NCBI GenBank assembly: GCA_964452525.1
Contig: CAYVLZ010000001.1
Coordinates: 65,742-129,741 of the forward strand
Length of the DNA: 64,000 bases
Source of the DNA: Candidatus Woesearchaeota archaeon
GTDB lineage: Archaea > Nanobdellota > Nanobdellia > SCGC-AAA011-G17 > CAYFGV01
Direction: 5' to 3'
Shown here: positions 9,912 to 19,904 of the stretch, piece after piece
How the letters are laid out: the number at the start of each line of letters is the position of its first letter
Numbering within the stretch: position 1 is the first letter of the stretch
Translations under genes and position numbers: made by a program
The notes under the pieces: generated by a model
Databases searched by the model: none
Told to the model about the DNA's origin: nothing
Seen by the model: only the letters and a program-made list of their open reading frames with translations

Positions 9912-11126
9912 TCAAAAATCTCTTTTAGTCACTATATTGATCTTGGATCTTCCATTAGGAACTTTGGATTCCATCCCAACTATGAATTTAACATTAGAGT
10001 TCTCTGCTGTTTTAACTAAGTCATAGTCTATGGTTCCATCTAGGATTATTGCATGAACGCCAGTTCTTAAATTTCTTATTGTTGTTGATAATTCTGATGT
10101 AGGTACTTTTCCAAGAACATTGGTTTTTTCGTCTAGAACATATGCTCCACGAGTTCCTATTAAGTCATCTAACATCTGTTTGAATTGTGGAGAGTATTTC
10201 CTAGAGATGGTTTTTTTATGATATCTTTCTTTTCTTTCTTTTTGTTCTCTATCTCTTTGATATTTTTCATTTCCATTAGTTTTACCGTTTTTTCCTGCAA
10301 ATTCTAGTTTTGCCTGCTCTACTGCAATCTTTCCACGTATAGATTTATGTAATTCTTTTTTAGTAAGTTCTTCAACTTCTTTTCCATCTGGTGCTTTTAT
10401 TACATAATCTACTTCTAGAGAATTTGAAGCTTCTTTAATTATTAAATCTCCTCCCCTGTCACCATCTACAAATAAAGTTATTACTTTTTTCTTACTTAAT
10501 TCTTTTATTGTATCTGGTATGGAAGTTCCATTCATTGCTATTGCATTCTTAAATCCGTGTTTTAATAGATTAAGAACATCTGCTCTTCCTTCTACAAGCA
10601 CTATCTCATCAGATTCGTCTATTGCTGGACCTGCTGGAAGTCTTTCTCTACCATATTCAGTAATTTCCATCATTCTTACTGAATATGAAACTTCATCTGC
10701 TATTTCCTGTGAATCTGGAAGTACTTTTTCAGTTAAATCCTTTAGAAGTGCTTTTGCTCTGTCTATTACGTAGTTTCTTTTACTTATTCTTACGTCTTCT
10801 ATAGACTGGGATTTTACAGTAGCATTACAAGGACCTATCCTTTGTATTGTTTCTAAAGAAGCAGCTATTATTGCTGTCTCTGCTTTATCTAAGCTTGAAG
10901 GAATGATTATTGTTCCAGAGCTTTTTCCGGATCTTGTGTCTAATCTTACTTCTATCCTTCCTATTCTACCGTTTCTTTGTAGTTCTCTGAGTTCAAGTTC
11001 AGAACCTAGAAGACCTTCTGTTTGGCCAAAGATTGCTCCTATGACGTCAGGTCTGTCTACCACCCCTTCTATTTCTATTGATGAATGAACTATATATTTG
11101 GCTGATACAGGACTTATCTTTCCCAT
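9912..11126 (-). CDS. dnaG: Archaeal DnaG-type primase (TOPRIM domain; exosome-associated)
   Basis: N-terminus MGKISPVSAKYIVHSSIEIEGVVDRPDVIGAIFGQTEGLLGSELELRELQ is the hallmark archaeal DnaG N-terminus. TOPRIM region LFVDGDRGGDLI. Confidence 0.85.
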   Translation of the reverse strand: MGKISPVSAKYIVHSSIEIEGVVDRPDVIGAIFGQTEGLLGSELELRELQRNGRIGRIEVRLDTRSGKSSGTIIIPSSLDKAETAIIAASLETIQRIGPCNATVKSQSIEDVRISKRNYVIDRAKALLKDLTEKVLPDSQEIADEVSYSVRMMEITEYGRERLPAGPAIDESDEIVLVEGRADVLNLLKHGFKNAIAMNGTSIPDTIKELSKKKVITLFVDGDRGGDLIIKEASNSLEVDYVIKAPDGKEVEELTKKELHKSIRGKIAVEQAKLEFAGKNGKTNGNEKYQRDREQKERKERYHKKTISRKYSPQFKQMLDDLIGTRGAYVLDEKTNVLGKVPTSELSTTIRNLRTGVHAIILDGTIDYDLVKTAENSNVKFIVGMESKVPNGRSKINIVTKRDF

Positions 11127-11439
11127 TTTTATGCCTCCCTATCATTTTATATTTTCCTATAGAACAAGGTAAGGTCATTTGCCTTTTCTCTTAAATAATG
11201 AATAGTGATATAATGAATATCCTTGTCCTTAAACATTGTAGCCCGTGACACTAACCCCCAAGCTCATAGCTTGACGTTGTCGTGAGCTCCATTGAGTATT
11301 CTCGTGACGGGCCAGATTAAGAAAGTTAAAGGGATATAAAAAGGTTTTGTTTCTTTCAGTAGATCGCAAAGTAACTCTGTAGATTAGTTTGCCCCATTCC
11401 GGCAATATTTATATATGCTATTACTATTAAAAAAATAGG

Positions 11440-12816
11440 ATGAATCATAAAGATAGTAAAATAAATAAGATTATAAGTAGTAGATATACTTTACTTTTCC
11501 TATTTATATTGTCCACAACTTTTTTTCTATTTCAGCACTTTAAATCTGTATCTTGGGATTTTATGGCTTATTCATTAAATGCGAGATATTTCATTGGAAA
11601 TTCTGAGTATTTTGAATGGGTAAGACCCCCTCTAACCCCCTTTTTAATCTCGTTATTTAATATTTTTACTTGGAAAATAGCAGAATATGGTTATATAATC
11701 TTTGTTTCAACTTTACATTTATTTTCTTGTGTTTGTCTAAGTAAAAGATTAAAGTTTAATCCAACATGCTTTTATATACTATCTATAAACCCATTTTTAT
11801 TATTTAATGGTGTATTTGTTGGAACGGAACTATTAGCCATTTCTTTATTCCAATTAATGATTGCTTATTTAGATTATTCTGGGATTTTTTTAGCTTTGTT
11901 ATTTTTAACAAGATATCCCACAATAATTTTTTCTCCAGTGATACTATTTTTAAAAAATCATAAAAAAATAATAAAAAACATAATCTTTTTTTGTTTAATA
12001 GCTGGAATTTGGTTTTTATTCAATTACATTAAAACAGGAAATCCGCTTACAAGTATGTTAGACATATATGCAAAAGACATTAAATCAGGATCTTATCACA
12101 CGATGCCTTTTAATTTTTTAGACATTTTGAAAGTTGGATTATATCTTATTCCATTAGCTCTGTTTGGTTTGCTTAAGAAAATTAAAAAAATAAAAGAGAT
12201 GAATAAATTTGATTACATTATGATATTAATATTATTTTTAGTTATTTTTCAATATTATTCAATACCATTTAAAAGTGCTAGATACTTATTTCTTCTACTA
12301 CTACCGTTGATTTATTTTTCGATGCTATTCATCAAAGATTCAAAATATGTTAAACCAATAATTTTTATAATTTTATTGTTTAACATAATATCTATATTTT
12401 ATCTATTTTCTATTTTGCCAACTCAAGAAAATATCTATGAAGAAGCAATATCACATTTACCAGATAATTGTATAGTTTCTTCTAATGCATGGGTTCCAGT
12501 CAATTATTATGGCAGACCTTCTACATTTGCTCAGAGAAAAGAACTACTGAATTCCACCTTAAATGAGGGTTTCAGAACTATTATATTTTATGATATATCA
12601 GAACCAGATTATTCATCAAATAAAACATTTTTAGGACAATTTCCAATTATTTATGAAGATGATGATTATATAATTTTAGGATATGAAAATAAATGTAAAA
12701 AAGAGATTGAATTAGATAGAACTTACCTAGAAAATTTAAAAGAAACTATCTTATTGATTCATGGGTATGAAATAGATACAAGCACTTTGTCTGTTATTTT
12801 TGGTCCTTCTTACTAA
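11440..12816 (+). CDS. Polytopic membrane protein, possibly GT-C-type glycosyltransferase (PMT/ArnT-like)
   Basis: About 10 predicted TM helices followed by a soluble C-terminal domain. Convergent with a GT2 (DPM1-like) gene. Confidence 0.4.
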   Translation: MNHKDSKINKIISSRYTLLFLFILSTTFFLFQHFKSVSWDFMAYSLNARYFIGNSEYFEWVRPPLTPFLISLFNIFTWKIAEYGYIIFVSTLHLFSCVCLSKRLKFNPTCFYILSINPFLLFNGVFVGTELLAISLFQLMIAYLDYSGIFLALLFLTRYPTIIFSPVILFLKNHKKIIKNIIFFCLIAGIWFLFNYIKTGNPLTSMLDIYAKDIKSGSYHTMPFNFLDILKVGLYLIPLALFGLLKKIKKIKEMNKFDYIMILILFLVIFQYYSIPFKSARYLFLLLLPLIYFSMLFIKDSKYVKPIIFIILLFNIISIFYLFSILPTQENIYEEAISHLPDNCIVSSNAWVPVNYYGRPSTFAQRKELLNSTLNEGFRTIIFYDISEPDYSSNKTFLGQFPIIYEDDDYIILGYENKCKKEIELDRTYLENLKETILLIHGYEIDTSTLSVIFGPSY

Positions 12817-13480
12817 AGGAATTTTTTATCAATATTTTCGAGAGATCTAATCCTTGTTTAAAGACTACTTTATTTGTTCTTTTATTATCTCCAAAATATT
12901 TACAAGTTATTGGAACTTCAACTACCCTATAATTTTTATTTATAACTTGAAATAATATTTCTAAAGAAGCGCCCATTGTTGTATCTTTTAAGTTTAGATT
13001 ATATACAGTATTATAACTAAAGGCACGAAATCCGCTCTGACTATCTGTTATTTTAACTTTTGTTATACAATATACTATTTTAGTTATAATTTTAATAGCA
13101 ATTCTTCTAAAAAGAGGCATATCCATTTTGTTAATAAATCTAGAACCTATGACAAAATCAGCTTGATTTTTTATTATTGGTTTTATTAAATCTTTAATTT
13201 CTTTTGGATCATGCTGTCCATCCCCATCAATTAAAACAATAATATCTGGCTTGACTTCAATAGCTTTTTTAAAACCGGATATTATTGCTTGACCATAACC
13301 TTTATTTCTTTTATGATTTACAATATTAGCTCCTGCTTTTTTAGCATATTCTTTTGTTTTATCGGTGCTTCCATCATTTATCACAAAAGTAGTGGCGTTT
13401 AATTCAGAAGGGATTTTTTTAATTACATTGTAAATTGTTTTTTCTTCGTTGTATGCTGGAATTAAAATAATTAATTTCAT
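12794..13480 (-). CDS. Family 2 glycosyltransferase (dolichyl-phosphate mannose/glucose synthase-like)
   Basis: IPAYNEEKTI...INDGSTDKT...DGDGQHDP motifs of the GT2 DPM1-like family. Confidence 0.8.
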   Translation of the reverse strand: MKLIILIPAYNEEKTIYNVIKKIPSELNATTFVINDGSTDKTKEYAKKAGANIVNHKRNKGYGQAIISGFKKAIEVKPDIIVLIDGDGQHDPKEIKDLIKPIIKNQADFVIGSRFINKMDMPLFRRIAIKIITKIVYCITKVKITDSQSGFRAFSYNTVYNLNLKDTTMGASLEILFQVINKNYRVVEVPITCKYFGDNKRTNKVVFKQGLDLSKILIKNSFSKKDQK

Positions 13481-13482
13481 TA

Positions 13483-13740
13483 TTAATTTATTCCACCCAA
13501 TTCTTTAACTGCTTCACTAGGATCTTTTAATTTATATAATCTTTTTCTGGAATCTTCAGGATCAAGAGTTAAATCCAGCCATCCGAATTTTTTAAGTCTT
13601 GAAAGCACAATGCTTGTATTAGTTATTTTAAGTAAATCTTCTGCTTGTTGATGAGTAAACTGCTTATCTTTGAATTTAGACCACAGCTTAGAATAGTGCT
13701 TCATAATCCATTTTGGAAGAGGAGATATTATATTACCCAT
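13483..13740 (-). CDS. Hypothetical small protein (85 aa)
   Basis: Intact ORF immediately upstream of the GT2 gene on the same strand. Confidence 0.4.
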   Translation of the reverse strand: MGNIISPLPKWIMKHYSKLWSKFKDKQFTHQQAEDLLKITNTSIVLSRLKKFGWLDLTLDPEDSRKRLYKLKDPSEAVKELGGIN

Positions 13741-13847
13741 TTGGTTAATAAATTTATTAAGAGTATATAAGCTTTTCTATACTTCACTATAACAATATTC
13801 ATATATTAGTTAACCTTATAGTATATATATTAACTAAATAAGTTAAA

Positions 13848-15056
13848 CCAGAGAAGACGTAGTTTTCAAGGCAACATCTCCTCTGGCTATGGAGTCCGGA
13901 ATGAACCCCACAATCATAAATAAGACAAAGGAATTTAATAAACCTTCTCCTAATCTGAAGTCCAAAGAGATAAAGAGAATTACAAAACTTCTCAAAAAGA
14001 AAGTCTATCCTTCAATAAATCTGAAGATGCATCATAATTCAAAGTATTCTGAAACAGATTTCCTTGATCTCTTAACTTATATTGCAATAACTCATGACTT
14101 TACAAATAATGGATCAAAAACATTTGAACTGCTTAAAGAAAACACACCAGCATCAAGCACCGTTATCCATCATATCAAAAAGCTTGATTCTGAATATGTT
14201 GAAAAACTATTCATGAAAACATTTGATAAATTCATTAAAGAGGCTACAAAATACAAACCATTCAGAAAAAGAGTTGATTTGGCTATTGATATTACAGAGC
14301 AAATGTATTATGGAGATAAAAATGATTACATGGTTTGCGAGACAAAACCCAAAGACGGGACTTCTCACTGCTTTAGGTATATAACAATAAATGTGGTTGA
14401 AAATGGAAAAAGATTCACTTTATTGGCTTTGCCAATGCACAAATTTACAACAAAGGCAAAAGTTGTAAGAAAATTAATAGAATATGCAAAATCAAAAGTA
14501 AAAATAAGGCATGTTTATCTTGACAGAGGATTCTTCAATTCCGAAATAATTAATCTCCTAAAAGAGTTAAGAGTTAGATTTCTAATGCCTGCTATCAGGA
14601 ATATAAAAATACAAAGATTCATGAGGGAATACAAGGAGATACAATCAAAGATTATCGATTATGATATGGGCTATAGGGAATATAACAGAGCAGAGTTTAA
14701 GCTTGTTTTCGTTGACGATAAACAAGGAACTAAAAGAGTATTTGCAACCAATATTCCGATAGCAGAAGAATTGGCACATCAGTTCTTTTCTTTATATTCA
14801 AAGAGATGGGGTATTGAAACATCTTACAGAGTCAAAGGAGACTTCAAAGCAAGAACAACATCAAAATATTATTCGGTGAGATTATTCTATTTCATGTGGT
14901 CTGTTTGTTTGTATAATATTTGGGTTTTAGTTAGTTTAGTTGTGGCAGTTATTTTTCATATTGATCTAAAGAAACCATTAGTTACTGCTAAATTATTCGG
15001 AGCAGTTCTTTATTCTTCAGAGCCAAGAGGAATAACCTAACTTAGCGTGAGATCTC
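13848..15056. mobile_element. Putative IS element (IS4/ISH3 group) carrying one transposase gene
   Basis: DDE transposase ORF 13889-15040. Weak imperfect terminal inverted repeats (left GAGAAGACGTAGTT..., right reverse-complement GAGATCTCACGCTAAGTT...). Boundaries approximate. Confidence 0.4.
13889..15040 (+). CDS. DDE transposase, IS4/ISH3 family
   Basis: 383 aa. YLDRGFF (second D) and the C-terminal RWGIETSYRVKGDFKAR (E/K of the YREK signature) are typical of IS4-group transposases. Confidence 0.7.
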   Translation: MESGMNPTIINKTKEFNKPSPNLKSKEIKRITKLLKKKVYPSINLKMHHNSKYSETDFLDLLTYIAITHDFTNNGSKTFELLKENTPASSTVIHHIKKLDSEYVEKLFMKTFDKFIKEATKYKPFRKRVDLAIDITEQMYYGDKNDYMVCETKPKDGTSHCFRYITINVVENGKRFTLLALPMHKFTTKAKVVRKLIEYAKSKVKIRHVYLDRGFFNSEIINLLKELRVRFLMPAIRNIKIQRFMREYKEIQSKIIDYDMGYREYNRAEFKLVFVDDKQGTKRVFATNIPIAEELAHQFFSLYSKRWGIETSYRVKGDFKARTTSKYYSVRLFYFMWSVCLYNIWVLVSLVVAVIFHIDLKKPLVTAKLFGAVLYSSEPRGIT

Positions 15057-15281
15057 TTATTTTGATTCTTCATAATTCTTGATTGCTAAATAAATACCAA
15101 CTAATGTGGGAATAGCAAACACTCCAACTTGAATAAGTTTAAGATAGGGAATAGCTACTTCACTGCTATTATCAATTACATTCTGATTATGTTCTTTTAG
15201 TATAATTTCCATTAGAATTACGGCTCCTGCAATGATAAACCATGTCCAAGCCTTAGTTACTGCTTCCTTTAACCAATCCAT
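15057..15281 (-). CDS. Small membrane protein (2 TM)
   Basis: 74 aa with two hydrophobic helices. Confidence 0.35.
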   Translation of the reverse strand: MDWLKEAVTKAWTWFIIAGAVILMEIILKEHNQNVIDNSSEVAIPYLKLIQVGVFAIPTLVGIYLAIKNYEESK

Positions 15282-15360
15282 AAAGAGACAGAATTAAGTA
15301 GATTTATTTACTTTGCGATCTACTGTCTTTATCCGTATTCTTTAATATACTGCTTGGTAA

Positions 15361-15687
15361 TTACTCTAAATGTCTTAATAACATTGTTCCAGGATCATCG
15401 AAGCAGCCATTTGTAAGATATACATAATCACCCGCATGGATTTCTTCCCCTATACAATCCCTATCCACTATAAAAGTAGCAGAATCATCGATTGTTGCGT
15501 AGAGATCCCATCTATCTCCTTCTACGGGTTTTAATGAAGTTAGTTCTCCTTGGTATATTACTCTTTCTCCCCGATATCTTATTCCTGGTTCTTGGTAAAC
15601 CTTTGGAGTATCTTCTGACGAACCAGAACAGCAATTTAGCATTGTTATTAGACTTAGAGTTGCTACGCTTTCTTTTAAGATTCCCAT
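15361..15687 (-). CDS. Small secreted/lipoprotein-like protein
   Basis: Signal-like N-terminus ending in CCSGSS. Confidence 0.4.
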   Translation of the reverse strand: MGILKESVATLSLITMLNCCSGSSEDTPKVYQEPGIRYRGERVIYQGELTSLKPVEGDRWDLYATIDDSATFIVDRDCIGEEIHAGDYVYLTNGCFDDPGTMLLRHLE

Positions 15688-15724
15688 GTGAGGGGGATAG
15701 AATATAGATATAAAAAAGTTTTGT

Positions 15725-16213
15725 TTATTTGAATTTTTCTTGGCCTAAGAAAGACTTCGCTTTATTAAATATATCATAGGTTTGTTCTTTTAATCCTTTT
15801 TCGTATTTTGATGAAGACGAGGTGTGAATAAATTTATCATATATGCCCCTTATGAATTTCGCTACTGGCCTTTCCCATTTTTCTTCATAATCTGTTTCTA
15901 AGTAAGATTCGAATACAATCTTTATTTCTCCAGATTGGATTTTTCCTTTTTTGCTGTCTAGTTTTTCAATATCAGATCCAGTAAGAGTTAAATTGATATT
16001 GAATTTTGTGTAATCATCTACTTCTTTCATAGATTCCCATCTGATACTGAAATCTTTTGTTCCTGGTTTTAGCACATCTTTGTAATCTTTTTCTAGTAAA
16101 CTATAACCATTAACATCGAACCATTTATTTAAGGTTTTATAGAATTCTGATAAGTCAAATTTTCCCTTGTGAGTTAATTTTAATTTTGATACTATATAAT
16201 CTATGTTGCTCAT
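15725..16213 (-). CDS. Uncharacterised ~165-aa protein, paralog 1 of a tandem triplicated family
   Basis: Shares KGxFDxxxLYxxLxxWF...EKxYxxxxKxxxxxxxIxWxxxxxVxDYxKFNIxIxF...W...LH spacing with the ORFs at 16516-17034 and 17073-17567. Confidence 0.5.
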   Translation of the reverse strand: MSNIDYIVSKLKLTHKGKFDLSEFYKTLNKWFDVNGYSLLEKDYKDVLKPGTKDFSIRWESMKEVDDYTKFNINLTLTGSDIEKLDSKKGKIQSGEIKIVFESYLETDYEEKWERPVAKFIRGIYDKFIHTSSSSKYEKGLKEQTYDIFNKAKSFLGQEKFK

Positions 16214-16250
16214 TAAATTAGTAAGATATGAGGTTTAATAAATATTTTGG

Positions 16251-16484
16251 TTATTTATTTTTCTCTATTTTTATGCAGCTTGCTGGGCATACATTAGAAG
16301 CTTCTTTTATTGAATCTATGTCATCTGTTTCTAGGACTTCCTTTCCATTATCATCTTTAGCTCCTTTAAGATGTGCTTTGAATCCAGAATCTTCTTTTAA
16401 TTCAAAGTATTCTGGACAGACAGAAGCGCAAGCTCCACAGCCCATACATTCTTTTGTATCGTGTATAACTTTGAATTTTGTCAT
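16251..16484 (-). CDS. 4Fe-4S ferredoxin (single-cluster, Pyrococcus-type)
   Basis: 77 aa. CMGCGACASVCP ... CPASC cysteine pattern. Confidence 0.85.
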   Translation of the reverse strand: MTKFKVIHDTKECMGCGACASVCPEYFELKEDSGFKAHLKGAKDDNGKEVLETDDIDSIKEASNVCPASCIKIEKNK

Positions 16485-16515
16485 GGCTAGAAAATAATTA
16501 GCTTATATAAATAGT

Positions 16516-17034
16516 TTACTGAAATCTATGGAGATCCAACATTGCTTTTATCTCATCTCGGAAATTATATGTCATTTCGTATAAATCTATCGTGTTTTGT
16601 TCTATTCTGTCTTTGATTATGTAGCTTTCATATATCTTTTTCATTAAACCATCTTTTTTCCATTTTCCTTGTCTATTTGTTACTAGATGTGCTGAAAATC
16701 TCATTTCTATCTCTCCAGTATTCTTACCTATTTGTTTTCCATCTTCTTCCACTTTGATATCTTTTAAACCTAAAGCAAAGAAAGTTATGGTTATTACATA
16801 ACTGAAATAATCGTTAATTATTTTTTCCCCTTTCCATCTTATCTCTATTTGTTTAGAATCTCCTTTTAATCTTTGAACATATTTCTCTTCTTTAAATGAG
16901 GAATTTTCATCTCCGAAACCATAGAAATCTAACCAGAATTTCATCTTTTGGTAGAGATCATCGAAATCAAAAATACCTTTCCATTTTAATTTAAGGCCAG
17001 AACAGACTTTGTTTTTATCTGCGTCTTTGTACAT
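16516..17034 (-). CDS. Uncharacterised ~170-aa protein, paralog 2 of the tandem family
   Basis: WKGIFDFDDLYQKMKFWLDFYGF...EKYVQRLKGDSKQIEIRW...NDYFSYVITITF aligns with paralogs 1 and 3. Confidence 0.5.
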   Translation of the reverse strand: MYKDADKNKVCSGLKLKWKGIFDFDDLYQKMKFWLDFYGFGDENSSFKEEKYVQRLKGDSKQIEIRWKGEKIINDYFSYVITITFFALGLKDIKVEEDGKQIGKNTGEIEMRFSAHLVTNRQGKWKKDGLMKKIYESYIIKDRIEQNTIDLYEMTYNFRDEIKAMLDLHRFQ

Positions 17035-17072
17035 ACAACAGATTTAGAATACAGCATTAATAAGCGTTTTGG

Positions 17073-17567
17073 TTATTTATGTAGGTCTAAGACCCATTTT
17101 GCTATGTTTTGTATTTCTGTTACTTCTTCGTATAACTTATCTTCTAATTCTATGATTTTTCCTTTTATTATGTAGTTGTTATAAATGTGGAAAAATAGAT
17201 TACTTAGAGGTTTTGCTTGCCATTTTTTTTTATAATCAAGAGTCAAATACGCGAAAGTTTTCATTTCAAAATCACCCTTGTAGATTTCTTTTCTCTGAGT
17301 TTTTACTTTATTTAGTTTTTCTAGACGGAATTTTATTTTAATGTTGAATTTAATATAATCTGTTACTTCTCTTTCTGCAATCCATTCTAACTCTATACCT
17401 CTACCCACTGGTTTTATTTTTTCTGTTTGTCCTTTTTCCTGGAAGAAATAATTTTTAGAATTAAAATAGCTCCTGAGTTTCCTCCATAGTTTGTCTGCAT
17501 CGAAAACACCTTTTTGTGTTATCCTTATGCCTGTTGGCGGTGTAACGTAATCTTCTTTATCTATCAT
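17073..17567 (-). CDS. Uncharacterised ~165-aa protein, paralog 3 of the tandem family
   Basis: QKGVFDADKLWRKLRSYF...EKGQTEKIKPVGRGIELEWIAEREVTDYIKFNIKIKF aligns with paralogs 1 and 2. Confidence 0.5.
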   Translation of the reverse strand: MIDKEDYVTPPTGIRITQKGVFDADKLWRKLRSYFNSKNYFFQEKGQTEKIKPVGRGIELEWIAEREVTDYIKFNIKIKFRLEKLNKVKTQRKEIYKGDFEMKTFAYLTLDYKKKWQAKPLSNLFFHIYNNYIIKGKIIELEDKLYEEVTEIQNIAKWVLDLHK

Positions 17568-17605
17568 AGAATTAATTAAGAAGACTAATTAATAAGGATT
17601 TTGGT

Positions 17606-18124
17606 TTAATCTCTACAAACTTCACATAACAACTTTCCTTTAATTTTCTTTACTGGTCCAATAGACCCACAGGACTTACATTTTCCCTGTATTATTTTAT
17701 CTTCTTGTTCTCTTAATATTATCTTCTCAGACACTATTTCGAAAAGACTTGGTTGTAATTTTAATATGTCCGTGTCTGTTAATAATCCTACTAATTTATT
17801 GTTTAGGACTACTGGTAATCTTCTTATTTCTTCTTGATTCATCAGAATTAATGCTTCATAAATATCTTTTTCTGGATCTATTGTTGTTATTCTTGTACTC
17901 ATTACATCTTTAACAGGTGTTTCTTGACTAAGGTTTTGTGCTATGACTCTTTGAACAATATCTTTTTCAGTAATCAAACCGAGCACTTTGTTGTTTTCTC
18001 TTATTATTAATCCTCCTACGTCGTTTTTTTTCATAATTTCTGCACATTTGTCTATTGTTGTTTCTTTAGGGACAGTTATTAATTTCTTTGTCATTGCATC
18101 AGAAACCTTTATGCCCGTTTTCAT
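17606..18124 (-). CDS. CBS-domain pair protein with C-terminal zinc ribbon
   Basis: Two CBS motifs (DVM..ITV / EALILM...RLPVV) and C-terminal CKSCGS...CEVC. Confidence 0.8.
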   Translation of the reverse strand: MKTGIKVSDAMTKKLITVPKETTIDKCAEIMKKNDVGGLIIRENNKVLGLITEKDIVQRVIAQNLSQETPVKDVMSTRITTIDPEKDIYEALILMNQEEIRRLPVVLNNKLVGLLTDTDILKLQPSLFEIVSEKIILREQEDKIIQGKCKSCGSIGPVKKIKGKLLCEVCRD

Positions 18125-18239
18125 ATGCTAATAAAGTATTATGAGTTAATAAATGCTTTGTTTTATAGACAATTCAACCGTAAGTTTTATAAATACTCTA
18201 ATTTTCTCAATTGCTGAATTTATGCTTGGGAGGGGTAAA

Positions 18240-19865
18240 ATGACTCAAAATCAACCTATTTTTATATTGCCAGAAGGTTATCAAAGAACCATGGGCAAGG
18301 ATGCCCAAAGAAATAATATTATGACTGCTAAAATTGTGGCGGAGACTGTAAGGACAACTCTTGGGCCAAAGGGAATGGACAAGATGTTAGTCGATACTAC
18401 GGGAGATGTTATTGTTACTAATGATGGTGTTACAATATTGAACGAAATGCAGATAGAGCATCCGGCTGCTAAGATGATAGTTGAGGTGGCTAAAACACAG
18501 GAAGATGAAGTTGGTGATGGTACAACTACGGCTGTTGTTTTTGCTGGAGAACTATTAAAGAATGCTGAAAATTTGTTAGATAAAGAAGTTCATCCTACTG
18601 TTATTGCTAAGGGTTATAGATTAGCAGCAACAGAGGCTCAGAAGATTCTTAATGAAATATCTGAAAATATAGATATTAAAGATGATCAGCTTTTGAAAAA
18701 TATAGCTATAACGGCTATGACTGGAAAAGGAGCAGAGGCCAATAAAGAAAGGTTGGCTGAGTTAAGTGTTAAGGCCGTTAAACAAGTTGCTGAAGATGAT
18801 GATGTTGATTTGGATAATATAAAGATAGAAAAAAATGTTGGCGGCGGAACCGAAGATAGTGAATTGGTTAATGGTATTGTTTTAGATAAAGAAAGAGTTC
18901 ATAGTGGTATGCCTAGGTCCATTAAGAATGCTAAAATAGCTTTGATAGATTCTGCTTTAGAAATTAAAAACACTGAAATAGATGCGAAGATACAGATAGA
19001 TGATCCTAGTAAGTTACAAAGCTTTATGGATCAAGAAGAGGCTATATTAAAGAAGATGGTTGATGACATCGTCAAATCCGGTGCTAATGTTGTTTTCTGT
19101 CAGAAAGGTATTGACGATGTTGCACAACATTACTTGTCTAAAAATAAAATTTATGCTGCTAGAAGAGTTAAAAAAAGTGACATGGAAAAGTTAGCTAAGG
19201 CTACTAGTGCCTCTATTGTTAGCAAGATTAGTGAATTATCAGAGGAAGAATTAGGAAATGCCGGTGTTGTTGAAGAAAAGAAAATCGGAGATGAAGAGAT
19301 GACATATGTTAAAGATTGTAAAAATCCTAAAGCAGTTACTTTACTTGTCAAGGGTGGAACTGAGCATGTTGTTGATGAGGTTGAGAGAGCTGTTAAAGAT
19401 GCTCTTGGAGACGTGGCAGCAGCTTTGAAATTAAAGAAAGTTGTTGCTGGTGGTGGAGCTCCTGAGGTTGAATTAGCTAGAAGATTAAGAGAATACTCAA
19501 ATAAGTTAAGTGGAAGAGAACAACTAGCTGTTTTATCTTTTGCAGATTCCATTGAAGTGATCCCAACAACTTTAGCAGAGAATGCCGGATTAGACCCTAT
19601 TGATTTGTTAACAGAATTAAAAGTTAGACATGATAAAAATGAAAAGTGGGCAGGCATTGATATCTTTACAGGAAAAATAGTTGACTCGTGGAAAGAAGGC
19701 GTAGTAGAGCCTTTGAAAATTAAAACACAAGCAATAAAATCTGCTAGCGAAGTTGCTGAATTGATATTAAGAATAGATGATGTAATAGCGGCAGGAAGTT
19801 CAACTAGAGAGCCAGCTATGCCTCCTGGTGGCATGGGCGGTATGGGTGGAATGCCACAGATGTAA
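18240..19865 (+). CDS. ths: Thermosome subunit (group II chaperonin)
   Basis: [27 protein letters not shown]...[12 protein letters not shown]...GDGTTT. C-terminal GGMGGMGGM tail. The track ORF begins at 18153, but the canonical start is the ATG at 18240. Confidence 0.9.
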   Translation: MTQNQPIFILPEGYQRTMGKDAQRNNIMTAKIVAETVRTTLGPKGMDKMLVDTTGDVIVTNDGVTILNEMQIEHPAAKMIVEVAKTQEDEVGDGTTTAVVFAGELLKNAENLLDKEVHPTVIAKGYRLAATEAQKILNEISENIDIKDDQLLKNIAITAMTGKGAEANKERLAELSVKAVKQVAEDDDVDLDNIKIEKNVGGGTEDSELVNGIVLDKERVHSGMPRSIKNAKIALIDSALEIKNTEIDAKIQIDDPSKLQSFMDQEEAILKKMVDDIVKSGANVVFCQKGIDDVAQHYLSKNKIYAARRVKKSDMEKLAKATSASIVSKISELSEEELGNAGVVEEKKIGDEEMTYVKDCKNPKAVTLLVKGGTEHVVDEVERAVKDALGDVAAALKLKKVVAGGGAPEVELARRLREYSNKLSGREQLAVLSFADSIEVIPTTLAENAGLDPIDLLTELKVRHDKNEKWAGIDIFTGKIVDSWKEGVVEPLKIKTQAIKSASEVAELILRIDDVIAAGSSTREPAMPPGGMGGMGGMPQM

Positions 19866-19904
19866 TAGAAAGTTTTTTAAGATATTAAATTAATTTTATT
19901 TTTT

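Noticed and set aside
16228-16497. 89-aa plus-strand ORF overlapping the ferredoxin gene
   Set aside because: The opposite strand encodes a canonical 4Fe-4S ferredoxin with full Cys motif; the plus-strand frame is a shadow.
18153-18239. N-terminal extension of the thermosome ORF ([12 protein letters not shown]...)
   Set aside because: The conserved thermosome N-terminus begins at the internal ATG at 18240 ([19 protein letters not shown]). The upstream extension is an AT-rich promoter region read in frame.
19151-19834. 227-aa ORF on the minus strand, plus the plus-strand ORFs 10519-10773 and 10903-11088 lying antisense inside the minus-strand dnaG
   Set aside because: Each lies entirely antisense within a strongly supported gene (thermosome, DnaG). 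Ser/Thr/Ala-rich low-complexity translation typical of shadow frames.
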